A stretch of 64,000 nucleotides of DNA from Camelus ferus (lineage: Eukaryota), in assembly GCF_009834535.1 (NCBI RefSeq), contig NC_045697.1, positions 67,148,001 to 67,212,000 on the forward strand. Reading direction: 5' to 3'. Shown here piece after piece: positions 25,246 to 39,890 of this stretch. The translations under genes and the position numbers were made by a program. Position 1 is the first letter of the stretch. Every line of letters starts with the position of its first letter. Under the pieces are notes generated by a model that ran no database searches, was not told where the DNA came from, and was given only the letters and a program-made list of their open reading frames with translations.

Positions 25246-28049
25246 GGTGGAACCACAAAAGTGAGAGAGGATATACAGATTGCTTTCTTTCTATGGTTCT
25301 AACATTGGCATACAAAATATTTTTCAGTAGCCAAAAAAGTGTGAGATATGTCTGTGTGTATAATTTTTTTTGCATGAAACAAGGAAGGAAATGTGAACAT
25401 AGTAAATTTTATTTAACTGGAGACTGACAAAATAATCACCAGCACAAATGCTGTACAGTAGTACTGCATTGCCATTTTAAAGATGGAAAAGGGTCAGTAC
25501 TTTGTAGAAGTGATCATATTTGTTCACAGATAGGGAAAAATATGCAGAATTAAGGATAAGAAACACTCAGAGTTTTGACAAAGAGGCCAAATATGTGTGA
25601 TTTTAATGAATACTTTGAAAACCTGTTGTGGAAAACTGGACAAATCAGAAAAATAGTCATTCTATTTCTGAGACAGTTCATTTTGTTCACTGTTAAGTTC
25701 TGATTCAGAGACCACTAGACAGTCAGAAAGAATATGTACCAAAATCCTGATTCACTCACCACAAGCCCTCTATGGAAAACTGAGAGTACAACAATCCAAT
25801 TACTATATAGAAATTCACGGTTGGAAACATGGCAGGAAATACAAGTTAGAAACAGACTGTTAAACACTGAATTTCAAATTAAGGCTTTATCTTGCTTGTA
25901 CACTCTTTTTAAAGAAGGTTTTCTAAATATCTATATCCAGCGATGCACTTTTTAGTCAGTGGATGCAAATGATAGATTGTGAGCTTTATTAAACCTCAAC
26001 AATTTTCTAATCTGTGAAAAGAAAATGATAGTAATACAAATGATGAAAAACAAACACATGTTTTTCAATAAATCTTTCCTTTAAATTTTTAAGTTATGCT
26101 TAGGCATTCATTTCCAACTATGTACTGTAGGGCAAAAGTTGGCTAGATTTTTAAGGCATCTAGTAACTGGGTAGGAATTTTTAAAATGTTGACAAAACTT
26201 GCTGCATATTCCTCCTTGCTCCAAAGATCTTTGCAAATCATTAATTTGCTAACTCAAGGTTAAAGATGTCTGGCTGATCAATGATATTCCAACCTAAAGG
26301 CCAATCTTGTTATTAATAAACAATCTGAAAGCAAATGATAGATAGGAAATCTCCACAACCATTCCCAGTTAATATTGTTTCAATTACAATGCCATATTTT
26401 TAGTTTTAAAAATTGAATCTGCCAAAGATGCCAAATATATGGTGCATTTTATGATTAAATCAAAACTATGATATCTAAATTCAATAAGGAGATATTAAAA
26501 CTGCAGGAGTCAGTTATCTTGACTAAGTCTAGGGTTGTGCCCCAGAGTGAAAAGGGCAGGAAAGAAAAATCACTCATGTGATCAGTGAGTAAAAGAAGAA
26601 AAAAGAAAGATGATTGACTGAATAGAGGTTAAATCTTTTGAAAGGCTTAAGGAGTGGTACTATTTGGCAAATATAAAAGCACAAGTCGAATGGTATTTAA
26701 ATCCACTTGTGACATGTTATAAAAGAGCAAACGATTTATAATCTAATGACAGTGTCAAGGAGGGTCTGTATGTTCAGATATTCAACTGGCAAAATAAAAA
26801 TATCAACTCATGAATCATTCAAAGATTTCAGAATCTTTAAAAGGACTACTACTGATGAGATTTTTCAGTTGTTAAAAACTAGACCAAAGAAGTCCCATAA
26901 TGTGCTTTGGACTTTGTATTTTGTTTTTAAGATTTTATTACTACCCACCACTCCTCCATCCTTATTTGTAGTTAAGAGAATTTGATGCTTTTATCAAAGA
27001 AACTGCATGAAATGCCTCTCAAAGATGTACCTCTGTTTAGAACACTTTCCCACATTAAATGGAATTCTCAAAATTGTAGGTTTAAAATTTAAAAATGTAG
27101 GGAAAATGCAAATTCCATGAAGGAATAAGGAGTTTCTTCTGTTTCTAAAAGGCAATGCCAAAATTAAAACTTTAAAATTAAACTAAATTCTAACTAAAAT
27201 TAAGACATTTTAAATAGCAATTTAAACATGAAAATGTTCAGATAATGTATTCATATGCTCTTAAAGTGTAGAACTGATACAATTTATAAGTCAGTACCTA
27301 TTGTGAATGTCTTCATTAATCTTAGTACTCAGAAGTAACTCACTATTAATTTCTTTAAATTTGATTAAAAAATTAATTGGGGAAAAGTTGATTACATTAT
27401 AAATTAAAATATTTTGTGTTAGTATATCATGGTCACCATGTATAGAGCTATTTGAAAATTAGATCTACGTAGGGTATTTCTTCAAATGCAATGAAAGCGA
27501 CCTAGTTATGTACACTGTGCATATCACTTATTGGGCATTTCTAATTATTTGTAATGGAGGTTAGCTAGTCATCAAGCCAGAAAGAGTTTTCTATTTCCCT
27601 CCAATGTCCCATATCCAGTTTCATTTTTCTTATTTTCATGGAAGAAATTATTGCTCTCTTTTTCTCTTCCTATGTAATACTGTATTTTCCAAGCCTAACT
27701 GAAAGGAAGATTGTTACACATTTCCCACTTCCCTCTCTCCTGAATGTTCTTAACAATAGGATATTCCTGTTGGATATCATCTGTAACTTTGGTCAGTTTT
27801 AAAACAGACTTGTACCAGATAGAGGTCAGGTTCTGTTGGTTGACAGATGCTGCCCTGAAATTGACAAAACAATTGTCTCTAACACCAGAAGGGAAGAGTT
27901 TGTCAATTTCAAGATCAAATTAAGCACTGGCCTTCCCCTCTCCATCACCCCACTCTGGCATTGATAGAACCTCTGAGGAAAAGGGTGGACATTATATGGA
28001 GTTGAGGTCCACATATTTACAATAAAAAATATAATAATTGATATATACT

Positions 28050-28260
28050 TATCATAAAGATCACATTAGATTCATATATACTATCTCTCTGCACCTTCAC
28101 AACAATATCAGTGAGTAAATTAGGACATAGACATATTCTATAGACAGGGAACTAAGCCTCCAGGGGATTGAATGGCTGCCCAAGTTTGGACATGTATGAT
28201 ATGGCACATGCAGGACTTAACAATCAGGAGTTCTGACTCTAAAGCTTATATTCTTTTAGT
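28050..28260 (-). mobile_element. MIR SINE
   Basis: ccttcacaacaa...ctatagacagggaactaagcctccag...ctgcccaag...tctgactctaaagc. Confidence 0.65.
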
Positions 28261-29839
28261 GGCCAACTCAGTCACCTTCATTTTTAAATTATGAATTTGG
28301 TGGAAATCTCTTTGTTGATTAAAGCAGCAACAACATAATGGGCCAAAAACTTGGAAGTTTTAATCTAAGGATTTACCAAAATTCAAATGCATTATGAAGG
28401 ATCCAGATTACAGGCAACACTCTACTCATATGGAGAAATTAGAAAATATTCAGAGACATAATATTAATATTAATCACAACACTTTTCATTTATATAGGAC
28501 TTTGCACTTTTCAAGGTGTTTTACATATATTAATTATCCCATTTATATTGCACATAGAAGCAATTCTAGAAATGTTAAAGGCTTTTTTTTTTTTTTAAAT
28601 GGAAAACTACTACAACTAGAAAACTGAAAATTTCTATTCTGAAGAAAAACTGCACTGGCCATTCTATACGTACATTTTTCCGCATAAATCCTCACTTATC
28701 AACTTAGCAGAGTGGCATTCTGTATTGACAGTTTATGCACACTATTTACATAGTTTAGCTTTTCCTGATTTTCAAAGGAGACATTTAGTGAGCCTTAGAA
28801 ATTAGGATTTAGCCAAAAATGCCTAATAGGCTTTTTTCTTTCCTCTTTCAAACTAGTGAATGGCCCATACGGGCCAAGAAAAAGGCATATCTGTATCTGA
28901 TAAGAAATTAAAATTATTGACTATATTTTTACACTGTTCCATATCTAAACATTGCAGTGTGTTAAATATCTGAAGAATACAGAATGAGAAATAATTATAG
29001 GTTGTTCTTATTTTAGTTAAGAAATTTAAAACTGCACATTTTCAGTCCATTTATAAGCTGTAACCTACAATATTTTGAAGTCTGCCACTAACAAAAGAAT
29101 CACTTTCAGCCCACTCTAGATTTAAAACAGAGACATTATTCATATCCAGGAGAATTCTAATTTGATCAAGTGACATAAATATCGGGCACTAAGTGACAAC
29201 AGCATTGCAAACAATTACAACAAGAAATACATTATTAAACTTATTTTAAAATATAAACTTATATTGATACATGTAAGGCATTTATGAGAGATTATATTCA
29301 TTAATTCTGTGCTTATTCTACACAATCTGCATTATTAATGAGCTTTAAGAAAGACCCTTGTTTATTCAACTATCATTCACCTGGTGTTTATTTAGTAAAC
29401 ACTCTGGGCCATGCTGGATCCTGGCGGCTACGCTCGTGTGGAAATCACTAATGGTTTTCTACAGGTGTAAACAAACTGTAAGACTTAATGTAGTAAGTGT
29501 AAACTCACGGTACAAAAGGCACACAGGTGACCCAAATAATGATTAGTATTCTCCACACACTTATTTATCACTCAACCAATGGATTCACTTATTTAAAAAC
29601 AGGTATTTATGACCAATATAATTATAACAGTATTAAGGAAAGTTTAGAAAGCACAGCAAAAAAAGCATAATACAAAAACTACTGTCATCATATGTTTTTT
29701 CCCAGTTTTTTTAAATATGCATTTTATTGTGAACTGCATTTTTATTTACTCCCTCATAAGCATTTTCAGATAATCCCACATAATTTTTTGATAAGCTTTT
29801 AAATAGCTACATAATATTCCATTCAGGAATCAGATATAA

Positions 29840-30048
29840 TGACAGAATCTTTCAAATCTCATGGACCTGGGTTTAGACTTGGATGATTGCTCCACTACCA
29901 TTTAACTAGACTGCTTTCTTCTCTGTAAAGTGAATATAATAATATATACCTTTCAGACTTTTTAAACATCAGAGGTTGTTAATTTATGAAGCACCTATCA
30001 CAGATGCTGAAACTCAGTAAGGAACTAAGAAATGGCAGCTATTGCTTA
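29840..30048 (+). mobile_element. MIR SINE
   Basis: gacctgggttt...tctgtaaagtg...cagtaaggaactaagaaatggcagctatt. Confidence 0.6.
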
Positions 30049-30272
30049 TTAAGTCCCTGAATGTTGTAGAACTAGATTACAGTGATTTAAATACTTATTC
30101 CTTTTGGATTGTTTTATTGAGGTCCACACACAATTCTGCCTAACACTTATTATAATCCCTGAATTTCTTATTTTCTAACCTCAAATCAGAAATATGTTAC
30201 AGTAGATATTTTGGCAAAAAGAAAGATCATTCAGGGAGTCATAAGGGAAGTAGGGCAAGAGTAGCTGTACTT

Positions 30273-30363
30273 AATGTATACATATGCATGACTGGGACAT
30301 TATGCTGTACACCAGAAACTGACATATTGTAACTGACTGTATGTCAATAAGAAAAAAATTAAA
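30273..30363 (+). mobile_element. Heavily 5'-truncated lineage-specific L1 3' end (camelid-like) with A-rich tail
   Basis: gtatacatatgcatgactgggacattatgctgtacaccagaaactgacatattgtaactgactgtatgtcaataagaaaaaaa has the Cetartiodactyl L1 tail pattern. The gcatgactgggaca variant is recalled from camel/alpaca L1. Confidence 0.75.
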
Positions 30364-32214
30364 CATTTTCCCCTGAGTAGTTGACAAATATTGCATAAGA
30401 AGAAAAGCACGCTATCTCCTCTAAAAATATTAAATGAGATACTAATCGTCAAAGTGCTCTAAAAATTTTAATGTGTACACAAGTGTTAGCTAATAGTATC
30501 ACTTAATTATAGGATTTTTTTTCTTCACAGGTTGGTTGTAGCTTAAATTTTGAGCCAATCTCTACATATTTGGGGGAAAAAAACCTTTTAAAAAAAACCC
30601 CTCCTGTTACATCATTTTATTTCCTCCAAAGTATTTTCAGATTGGGAAATACAATTTTTTCTGGGGCCATGAATCATTATAACGTTCAGATTTTACATTA
30701 AAATATTTTACTTTGGTGTTAATTTATATGAAATGACATGCAAAACTTCATGAAGACAGGTGGGGCAAGAGACAGAACGGCTTTAACTTTAACTGCTGAT
30801 ACTTTGCTATTTTTTGCTGCCATAAATCTGTCATTTTCAAATTAAAAAAAAAACACTTCTCTATGCCTAGAGAAGATAAAAAATCAACTTTACAGCATTC
30901 ACTATTGGTAGAGTGTTTTGCTATTGAAACCTGTTTCCCCTCATGGAAATGGAAGGAAAGGTAAGTTTATCAAGGGCAAGGTGAAATGCACCCAAGAGGA
31001 AGATATTTTCAGACACAAAGTTTCAAAATATCCTCCTTATTCTAGGTCAAATCCCACTCACTGTGTTATTTCCAACTTGAAAGGACACAAATTCCAGTGA
31101 TTCTTAGAGTTCAAGGTGGGAGGAATATTCTGGATACAACAGGGGGAGGTGAAAAAGTCAGCCTAAGAAACCCTTAGGCAAGTGAAGATCTGGCCACCGT
31201 TCCCTGCAGGAATGTTTTGAAGGCCAACAAATACTCTACCGCTGTCTTCCCTTTATAAATGATTTTCACAGGCTATGGAGAGAGGCTGGATGTGGCTTTC
31301 AGCTTCCTTGCGGTCACTTGGGCGTTCTCAGGTCCTGCTTCTGTACAAGAAGCCTACGCCTCTGTGGGAAACCCCAGTGATCTCAGAAAGGAGTGGCAAG
31401 GGCATGTGGCAGGACAGTTCTCTTCCCTAGAAACCTCACTCCTGTGCTCTTTTCATGCAATCAATCAGGAAGGCGAGGTCAACAGGCAGCTTTCATTTAA
31501 TTGATTCACTTACATTGATCTGGGCCAAAGAACTGAAGTTGTGGGGAGACAGAGGGAGGAGCCCAGTGATCAAATCACAGGAAACCTAAACTGCTTTCAG
31601 TCGTGTAAAGAGACTAAACACACTCCATAAGCCCCCTCTCCTCAGTCACAGACATTTGGCTGAGCCACTAAGGTGATTTTACAGCGATGTCCAGTTGGAA
31701 GTTGGCATGTGTGTGCACTTATGAAAGGTGAAGACACTGGGGAGGAAAAAACAGGAGTGAAAGGCCAGTCATTCACTGTGATTAACAAGACCAGACAGGG
31801 CCGTGTTTCAGAAAGGTTAACTGGCTACCTCCTAGGCCATTAAGTGCAGGCCTGGATGTCAGAAAACAGAAGGCATACGAGGATGAATCCCTCCATCCTT
31901 CCAACACTTAATACACCTTTGGTGTCTGACTCATTAGCAGCTGAAGCACTCTAAAGGTGATCTGTAAACCAGCTGACACGGAGACTTAAGATAAACTACC
32001 AAAGTTTATATCATTTATTTTGGTTTTGGAGCAGCCAATCCTTAAAACCTAGTTCACAGAAGTGCTGTGATATTTTCTTTTTAATAGAAAATAAATTTAA
32101 TTTCCATTTTGGCTTCATTCTTAGCACTTTGCCAGGCCGCAAAGAGTATTAGCAAAAGGCTCTCCCGTTTCAAAGGAGTTAGAGCTTCTACTGATTCTTC
32201 TGAATCCTACCTAC

Positions 32215-32353
32215 TCAGTGTCCTCCCAGACAATAAATTTCATGGGGACAGGAACTATAAGTGTTCTGCTTACCATGATAGCCCTAGTGCTTATTGCATG
32301 ATAACTGGCCCACATTAAGTCCTACATACATAAGCTGGTTAATGAATAAATGA
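32215..32353 (+). mobile_element. L2 3' end
   Basis: aaatttcatggggacaggaac...ccctagtgctta...aatgaataaatga. Confidence 0.65.
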
Positions 32354-35300
32354 GTTTCCAAGAACACATGTCCATCATAGCCACGTTAGTGTTTTTTCCT
32401 AACTTTCTATATTTATTTCATTGGTGATGTTTCTATGGGTTACTTTTGATTTGGCATAGAAATAACAAAGTGAGTACCCTTGATCCAAGGTTCCTCAGCT
32501 GGATAAACAACAACTTGCTCTTATTTTGATTAAGGAGAGCCATTACATGTTTTTCCTCAAGCTATTAGTCTGCTAGGAACATGCTGTAATTTATAAGCCC
32601 TATCAAAACCTTCCCTTTAATGAAATGAATAGGAAATTAATGCAGTCAGGCAGAAAGCTCTTTTAGCTAATAGTTTTTAGCACTTTCTTCTTTGAAATAC
32701 TAGAGAGTAATTTTCATTTACTGGCTATTTAAGGAGGAAAAATTCATTCCCATTGAATCACCTCAATTGGGTTTACAACAAGAGTACGGTATACTCTTCC
32801 CTTTGGGCAAGCCATGTGCTATAACATGGAAACACACATTTTCTAGCTTTCTAATATTAATGGTTTTACAAATAGAACTACATGACCATCAGCAAATAAA
32901 CTCCAAGAATAATACTATTTCCTATGGGTCAATAAGTATTTGTAGAATTTAGGTAATTCAGGTTAGAGATAAAATACCATATTCATGGGCATTAAAAGAG
33001 ATGTGATTCTAATTCTGCCTTAACACAGAGGTACAAATTAATGTGCTTACTCTAATTCTTGGGAGGTGCTTTGTGTTTGAAATATTGAAATAGATGATAG
33101 TACAATCAGATTTTACTTCTTACAGATTTGTATGCAGCTAGTCCTCTGTTCTGTATGTGCCTGTGTCCTTTAAAAGGACTGGCTGGAGGCATATTTCACT
33201 GGCTCAGAACTATGAGAACAAGATCATTATAAAGGGCTTTTATTGTAAATAACCATTCTATAAATATGGTATTTACATACAATTTTACTATTTAATTGAA
33301 AGGCATTTGCTTTCTAAGAAGGCTAACCATCTCCATTTTACAATGTATTTTTTGTTAATAATTAGCTTAACGAACCCTTTAACAGCTGAAAGGTCACTTC
33401 CAGCCTATCAAATATAAATTATTATTACATACTAAAGAGTGTAGAAATCTCAATCAGTGTTGTTAAAATTAATAAATTCTTTGACTCTTGTTAATACATA
33501 TATATCTGAAATGATACTATATATCTGAAATAATTTTGAAGTGAAATACCTTTTAAAATACTAATCTATAATAACTTCCACAAATATTAAAAAGGCAAAT
33601 CAGAATCCTAGGAGCATGAGTAGGACCAAGGATTCTTTTGTCCATTATAATTCCTTTTTCAGGATTCAGCTTTGAGGCAGTTTTGAATTTCACATCTGAT
33701 ACCACCTTTGAAAATATTTTCACAGTGATGAGTGACCTCTTCCATGTAAAACAGTTTGTGAAATATATGTATGTTTACCAAAGCTCCTTTCCTCTTATGT
33801 TGGAAATGTTGAAATGTTTATTTCTTGATTGGAATCCTGTGGTGATGCAGCCACAGATAAATGCTACTGTAAGAGGAAAGAGATTTATTTCCTTCAGTTT
33901 ATAAAAAAAAAAAAAAAGTCAACTAACTATTACAAATGAATTCTACTCTTATGTTGACAAATTAGGGTTCTTAGAACTGGCCCTTTTTTTTTAATTAAAA
34001 AATTGTGGTTCATTAATTTGAAGAATACTTTTTATGTTTTCAAATCCTTACCATGGTAGTGTATTCAAACTTCACTAGTTTTGACACAAGTTAATGAGCA
34101 TTTTCACTTGATCTTTTACTGATGGACATAACTTTTCCTAGTTTGGTTGGCTGTTTTATTATACTGTGGTTCTGATTCAGCCCTGATCACCTAGTCACCA
34201 CTTTGGATCAGAAACCTTGCTAGAAATTTAACAAAAATAATTTTCACATAAACACGTTTTTGACTTATACATAACTGCAAACAGATGACATAATTACAGA
34301 ACAGCCACATGACAACACATAGTGTCCAGCACGGGCTTGACCACCTGTGGATAGCAGTTAGCGTGTGCCCATCACCATTTTTACCATTATTAACAATGGA
34401 AACAGGCATTTCCATTGTCTAAAGTGTAAAATCATCCCCCATAACTTCCTTTTAGGGTAAAACATAAATTTTAGCCCAGGTTATTTTGAATATTGTAGTG
34501 TTATAAAATATTAACAGAATCTAAAATTTCTGCCCTGCCAAGACTCCCATACATCTCCTATCCCAGGTTTTTCAAATGATGTTATGCTTGATTCTAACTA
34601 GTTTTACATTCCCTCTTTTCTCATAAAAAATTCTTCTGACCTTTATTAATATTCCCCAAACGTATTCCATATCTTAACTTCCTATTGAGGAAAAAAGTTT
34701 AATTCATATATCTTCCATTATCTTCAAATTTGTAATTATTGGACAATACATCTAGCTTTTCCCTTTCTTAACATTAACAGGTTGACATTCATTTTGATTC
34801 TTATTGTAATTTATTGCCTATTAGAGTCATTTGGCATAATTCTTCTCTTAATGCAATAAATTCAGTTTCCTTTTTCTAATATTGTTTAGCTGACATGAGG
34901 ACACAAACCTTCTGAGACATATTGAAGAACAGAAACTAAATGAAATAAAAACTTTAGCAAATTTATTAAGAGGTACTAAAATGATAGACTAGTAGTCATA
35001 TGATTTATGTACTACTTATTTTAATTTATTCTGCCCTTTTCACTTGCAGAATATACAAAATCATCTAACCGACTCTTTAAAAAAGCATAAAACAGCATGC
35101 CCTCCTCCCTTCTAAATTCTTTATTGTTGTTTAACTTTGAACACTGCTTCTATCCTCTCCCATTTCATTCTGCTTATACTCAGTGGCAATTTTTTCCCTA
35201 GGATCTTTAATGTAACAAAGCAACTTTCGTTTCAGACCTATGGCATTTTCTTCTCTTTCACCTCAGTCCCTAATTTTCACTTCATATCAACCTAAGAGGG

Positions 35301-38300
35301 ACTTCAAATTAATGTCATTAATCAATCACCACTATCTCATATCACTAAGAATCCTGAAAATTTATTTCCTACTGGTTTTATAATATACAATTTTATCTCA
35401 ACTCCATTCGTATTGTGCAGTAACGCCAAGACCCTTGTTCTTGAAATCCCACCGGTATTTTCTATGAAATAATGAACATTCAATGTCTGGTAATATAAGA
35501 TGGCACTTCCTGCTTCTCACATCCTGGAAATGATTCTCCATTTTTCTCTGCCTTTCTACACTAGGGCTTCTTCCTCTTTCTTATCGCAAACAGAATTCCC
35601 CTCTGAGCAAATTTACCCACCACTCAGTTCTAAATATACTGCAAAATAAACTGCAAACTTTAAGCATTTCTTTAACCTCCCATCTTCAAATCCCTAGTTG
35701 TCCCTTTTGGGCACCTCTCATTTCCTTTTGACCTCATGCCTGTGGCAAATATGTATAAAGAACATATATTTGTTATATGAGTCACATCTCTGTGAACCTA
35801 AGTTTTTAATACTATTCTTGAAAAAACTAGCATGAATTATAATCATGACTATGGTATTGAATAATTTAGGGAGTATTTCATTACTGATTTCGTCTATTAT
35901 TTAAAAGTGAGTAGAAAAAAGGTTTTAGTGGGAGAAAAACACACATTACTTCAAGTCTACACTCCGAGTAACAAAACTGACCTGTGGTTTCAAAAAAAGG
36001 CACTGGTACATTAGAATAGGCAATAAAAAAATTAACCCTGTGCCAAAATTTTAAAAAATGTATTTTGCAAAGATACTATATATGCATATATGTGTGCAAT
36101 ACCCTCACTTATGTGAATCATTGACTAATTTCTTTGCTTTATGATGTCATGTATTATGATGTCATGTCAGTTTAAATTTGGGGGTGGTCTCAATTTTTAT
36201 GATCTTTTCTTTTGATAGTATTAAATTTTATTTTTTGCAATTCCTTTCAGTAAACAACTTCTGTATCTTTTTGAATTATTCAAATTCAAGCAGTCTAAAA
36301 CTCAAAGGCTTAGCTTATTTATCCAAATATTCCTGATACTCTCCTTAAAAAAAATGAAAGTAACAATGCTAGACATAGCAGGGAATCAAAACAAATATTC
36401 ACTCCTCAGTTTCAGAATTTTGCTCACTGCTTCAATTGGTCCAATATTAGAACTTGATTTTAACTATTCACTAACAGGGAATAATTTATCGATTAAAAAC
36501 AGTAGCAGACGAACAACTTAAGGCCCCCAAAGTGTTACCACCCTGGTACAGGTCAATAGAACTAGGCAAACAAGAGGCCAATTCAAGAGTTCCTGCCCAA
36601 TTTCCTTCCACAACCAGGTCTTTATGAGCAAGCAGTCATGGAAAAGATCCTAGAAAAATAAACTGTGGAAACATTTCGGCAACTTAATTGAGATTTTGCA
36701 AGACTCTCAAAGCCTGCATTGTTACAGCCCACTCTCATCAAAGACCATGATTCAGCTTTAGAAATGGTGCTATTCAAACCCTGCTGTATTAGCCATATAT
36801 CTTAGGAATTTACTTCCTAATTATGCAGCATGCTTTATAAACACTTTTTTTTTTGTTCTGTCATTAGGTGACATAATATTTTAAGCAAGTAAAGCAAATT
36901 GGTTTGATCACTATTAGGAAAAATTCTTCCTCAACACGTCTGATTTAGGTTATAGAGGCACATTGCATTTGAGTTCTAGAAACTTTAATGATCTCCAAGT
37001 GAATGCATCCCTTACTATGGTGCTGGGGGGAAAATGTGCCTCTATAACCTTATATCTAATGGTGAGACTGCTGCTCCTCTACTTGAAATTCAGGGGATGT
37101 TGAAAAAGCAATAGCATAGTTTCTACAAGAAGTGAGAAACTATGTCTCCTGCAAAGAGGAAGCATTAAGGTCACAACTTTGATTTTATCTGTGTCTCTGA
37201 GGAAGTCCAAGAACAGATTCAAAGAACACAAAACTGAACTCATTTCAAGGGTGAAGAGTCACTCTCAAGTGCTTTTTTCTTGGGAGTGCTACCAGAGACG
37301 AGGATAAGTGCTGACTTCACTCTTTCTTCTAATATCCGGCAAGAAGAAAAGGATGATAAGCATGTTTCATTTACTTGCTTCACTCATCTAATTTTTATTT
37401 TCACTATGAATTCATTTTAATCTCAACAAGTGGCTAAATTTATTTTTATGGCCTTCGTAGGAAATGTAGACAAAGTAGAAAACGGTCTGTTATATGAAAA
37501 TAACCAAAAGTAATTTAGAAGCAAAATCACTAGGTGGTTTCAGGGTATTCAATTTTTGGGCAGTAAGTTCAGAGCAACAGTGCTATGAAAGTATTTGTAC
37601 TTAGAATGTTGCTTTTATCTACCTCAGATTTGGTAATTATCATAAATTATGACATTTGACTGATGCCCAATAGTACAGCACATTCCAGTCAAAATATGTC
37701 ACCAAACCACCAACACTGCAGGACGGTTTTTGCCCCTAGGTGATTGTGACGTTAAGCATAATACTCAGTAGTAATTTACCCTATCACTCACACGTTTTAA
37801 AGTTGCTATTTTGAGTGGTCTTTGATGTAATAATATATTACGTGTTACTTTACACCAAAAAAAAAAAAAACCAAAAAAACCCTAGCATGTTGAGTGAAGG
37901 CTAATTGGAAAGAAGACCTAGCAAAACGACCATGTTGTTGGCCCACCCAGATGGTAAATCTGAGAAAAATTAATCAGAACTACATCCCCAATCTGAGTTT
38001 TTATTAATAGTTGTACTGTACTAAGAATAATAATGAAATAGAATAAAGTGCTTGCTTATGTATATGGCAGTAATAATATCCAGGATACATCTCAATTTCT
38101 TCTGTTATTACTGTCTTCTAATGCCTTCATTCTTAGAGTTTAAGTGCAAGTACATTAATAAATATAATAAGCAAGGTTTCTTATGATTGACATAAATAAT
38201 AAACAGTATATGTATATAGGTGTACACACTGATGACTAGAAATTGCACTCCCACTACCTGAAAATCATTAAAATTTTATTTTGAGGTACAGGGTAGGAAT

Positions 38301-38619
38301 TTATTAATTATTTAAAAACCTAATAAATGTTGCATTTTTCAGTTTTCAAAGTTTTTACTCTCATGAATTTGAGACTATCAAGTATATCCCCCCAAAAGAA
38401 GAATCAATTTCATTTCTTCTCTAATATAATATCACACTGAGCAAATTAATTGACAGATGCCAAGGAAAGTGATTATTTAAACTGACTAAAGAAAATGAGC
38501 CAATGATACATCATTAGATAATTAGGATAGATAACTGACAGCTGGTACCTCTGGAATGACGGAGTTTTTTCTAATGACAGCCAAACAGACCAGTCAATGA
38601 AATGACTTAACCCTTCCTC

Positions 38620-39345
38620 CCTCATTCCAGCTCTTCCTCTCTCTCTTTCCATCCTCCTTAACAACATTGGTTGTCATCCCTTTAAATATCTTTTTCTATG
38701 TCACCTCTGCAACATTACATTTTCTGTTTTCTACAAATTCTTAGTTTCCTTCTCCGATTTTTCTTCTTCTGCAGACTTGTAACAGTGAGCAGATTCCAAG
38801 ACCGCCTTCTCTAACCTCAGCTCTTATCTCATACTTAGCCTTGAAAACACTCACTTTCTCCTGATTTCAATCATTACATGGACTCCAGTGCTCCGTGCGT
38901 AGCCATTTTTCCCTCCCAATATGCCATCACATGATTCTAGTAGGTTTCCAACTAAAGAGCTTTAAAATTCAGACACATCATTTCCTCTATAACTATTTCT
39001 TCTGTTTGAGTTCCTAAGTTTTGTCAGTGGTATCATAATCTATCCCATCACCTTGCTCAAAATGCCACAGTCAGCTGTAACTCAGGGAACTCCCTTCACC
39101 TCCCTGGATCAATGTGAAGCCATCAATTAAGTCAAAATGTTCAGTATTAATGTTTTCTTCCTAGGGTCTCTGAACTTCACCACTTCCTTTCCATCCCCAC
39201 TACCATCACATTACTTAAACATATTAGTATCTCACATTTGGTTTTACTGCAAGAACCTGCTGACCAATCAATGCTTCTTTCAGTATACTTCCACTTGGAT
39301 CCATCTTTCATATAATTCCAGTTTCATCTCCCTATACAACACTGT
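38620..39345 (+). mobile_element. L2 LINE internal fragment (degenerate)
   Basis: Pyrimidine-rich; gtcagtggtatcataatctatccca...tctcacatttggttttactgcaagaacctgctgacc. Confidence 0.55.
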
Positions 39346-39349
39346 TTTT

Positions 39350-39590
39350 ATACCATGGAATAGAGTTTAAGGGCGAAAATTCTGAAATCAAGCTGCTTGG
39401 GGTGCATGTATGCCACCCCCAACTTTCAGGAGGTTACTAATCTTGTTTAAGTTATTTGGTATTTTGTTGCCTTATTTCCTACCTACCACATAGGGTTGTT
39501 GAGAGAAATAAATGGGTTAATACAAGCAAAGCACTTGGAAAAAAGACAAGTGCTTGATAAATGATGGCTGCTATTATTATTACTATTATC
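39350..39590 (+). mobile_element. MIR SINE inserted within L2
   Basis: cctaccacatagggttgttgagagaaataaatgggttaatacaagcaaagcactt...gtgcttgataaatgatggctgctattattatt. Confidence 0.75.
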
Positions 39591-39890
39591 AATTTCTCTA
39601 TTAAAAACTTTTAACAGCCTCCTGTATGCCATGTGATAAATCCCTTAACCTGGCATTTAGGCTCTGGAAAGTCTGGCCCCATATTAATGGCCCAGATTCA
39701 ATGAATATTATTTGCCAATATGAATCCTCTGGTCCAGTCAGAATGAACTAATAAAACATACTTGGAAGTTACGTTTTCATTCTTTCTGTGACTCACTATT
39801 GTTCCTTTCTTCACTTACTGCCTTTCTTTTTCTCTCCACCTTTACTATGCTACTCATTCTTCAACGCCCTACTCAAGTCTTGTTTGCTCC
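39590..39890 (+). mobile_element. L2 continuation
   Basis: ttaaaaacttttaacagcctcc...ccttaacctggcatttaggctct...tctggcccc...ctactcattcttcaa. Confidence 0.6.

Noticed and set aside
36539..36649. 111-nt minus-strand open segment after acceptor tttatttttctag
   Set aside because: The donor (GTG|gtaaca) is weak and the peptide is unrecognisable; not enough support for an exon.
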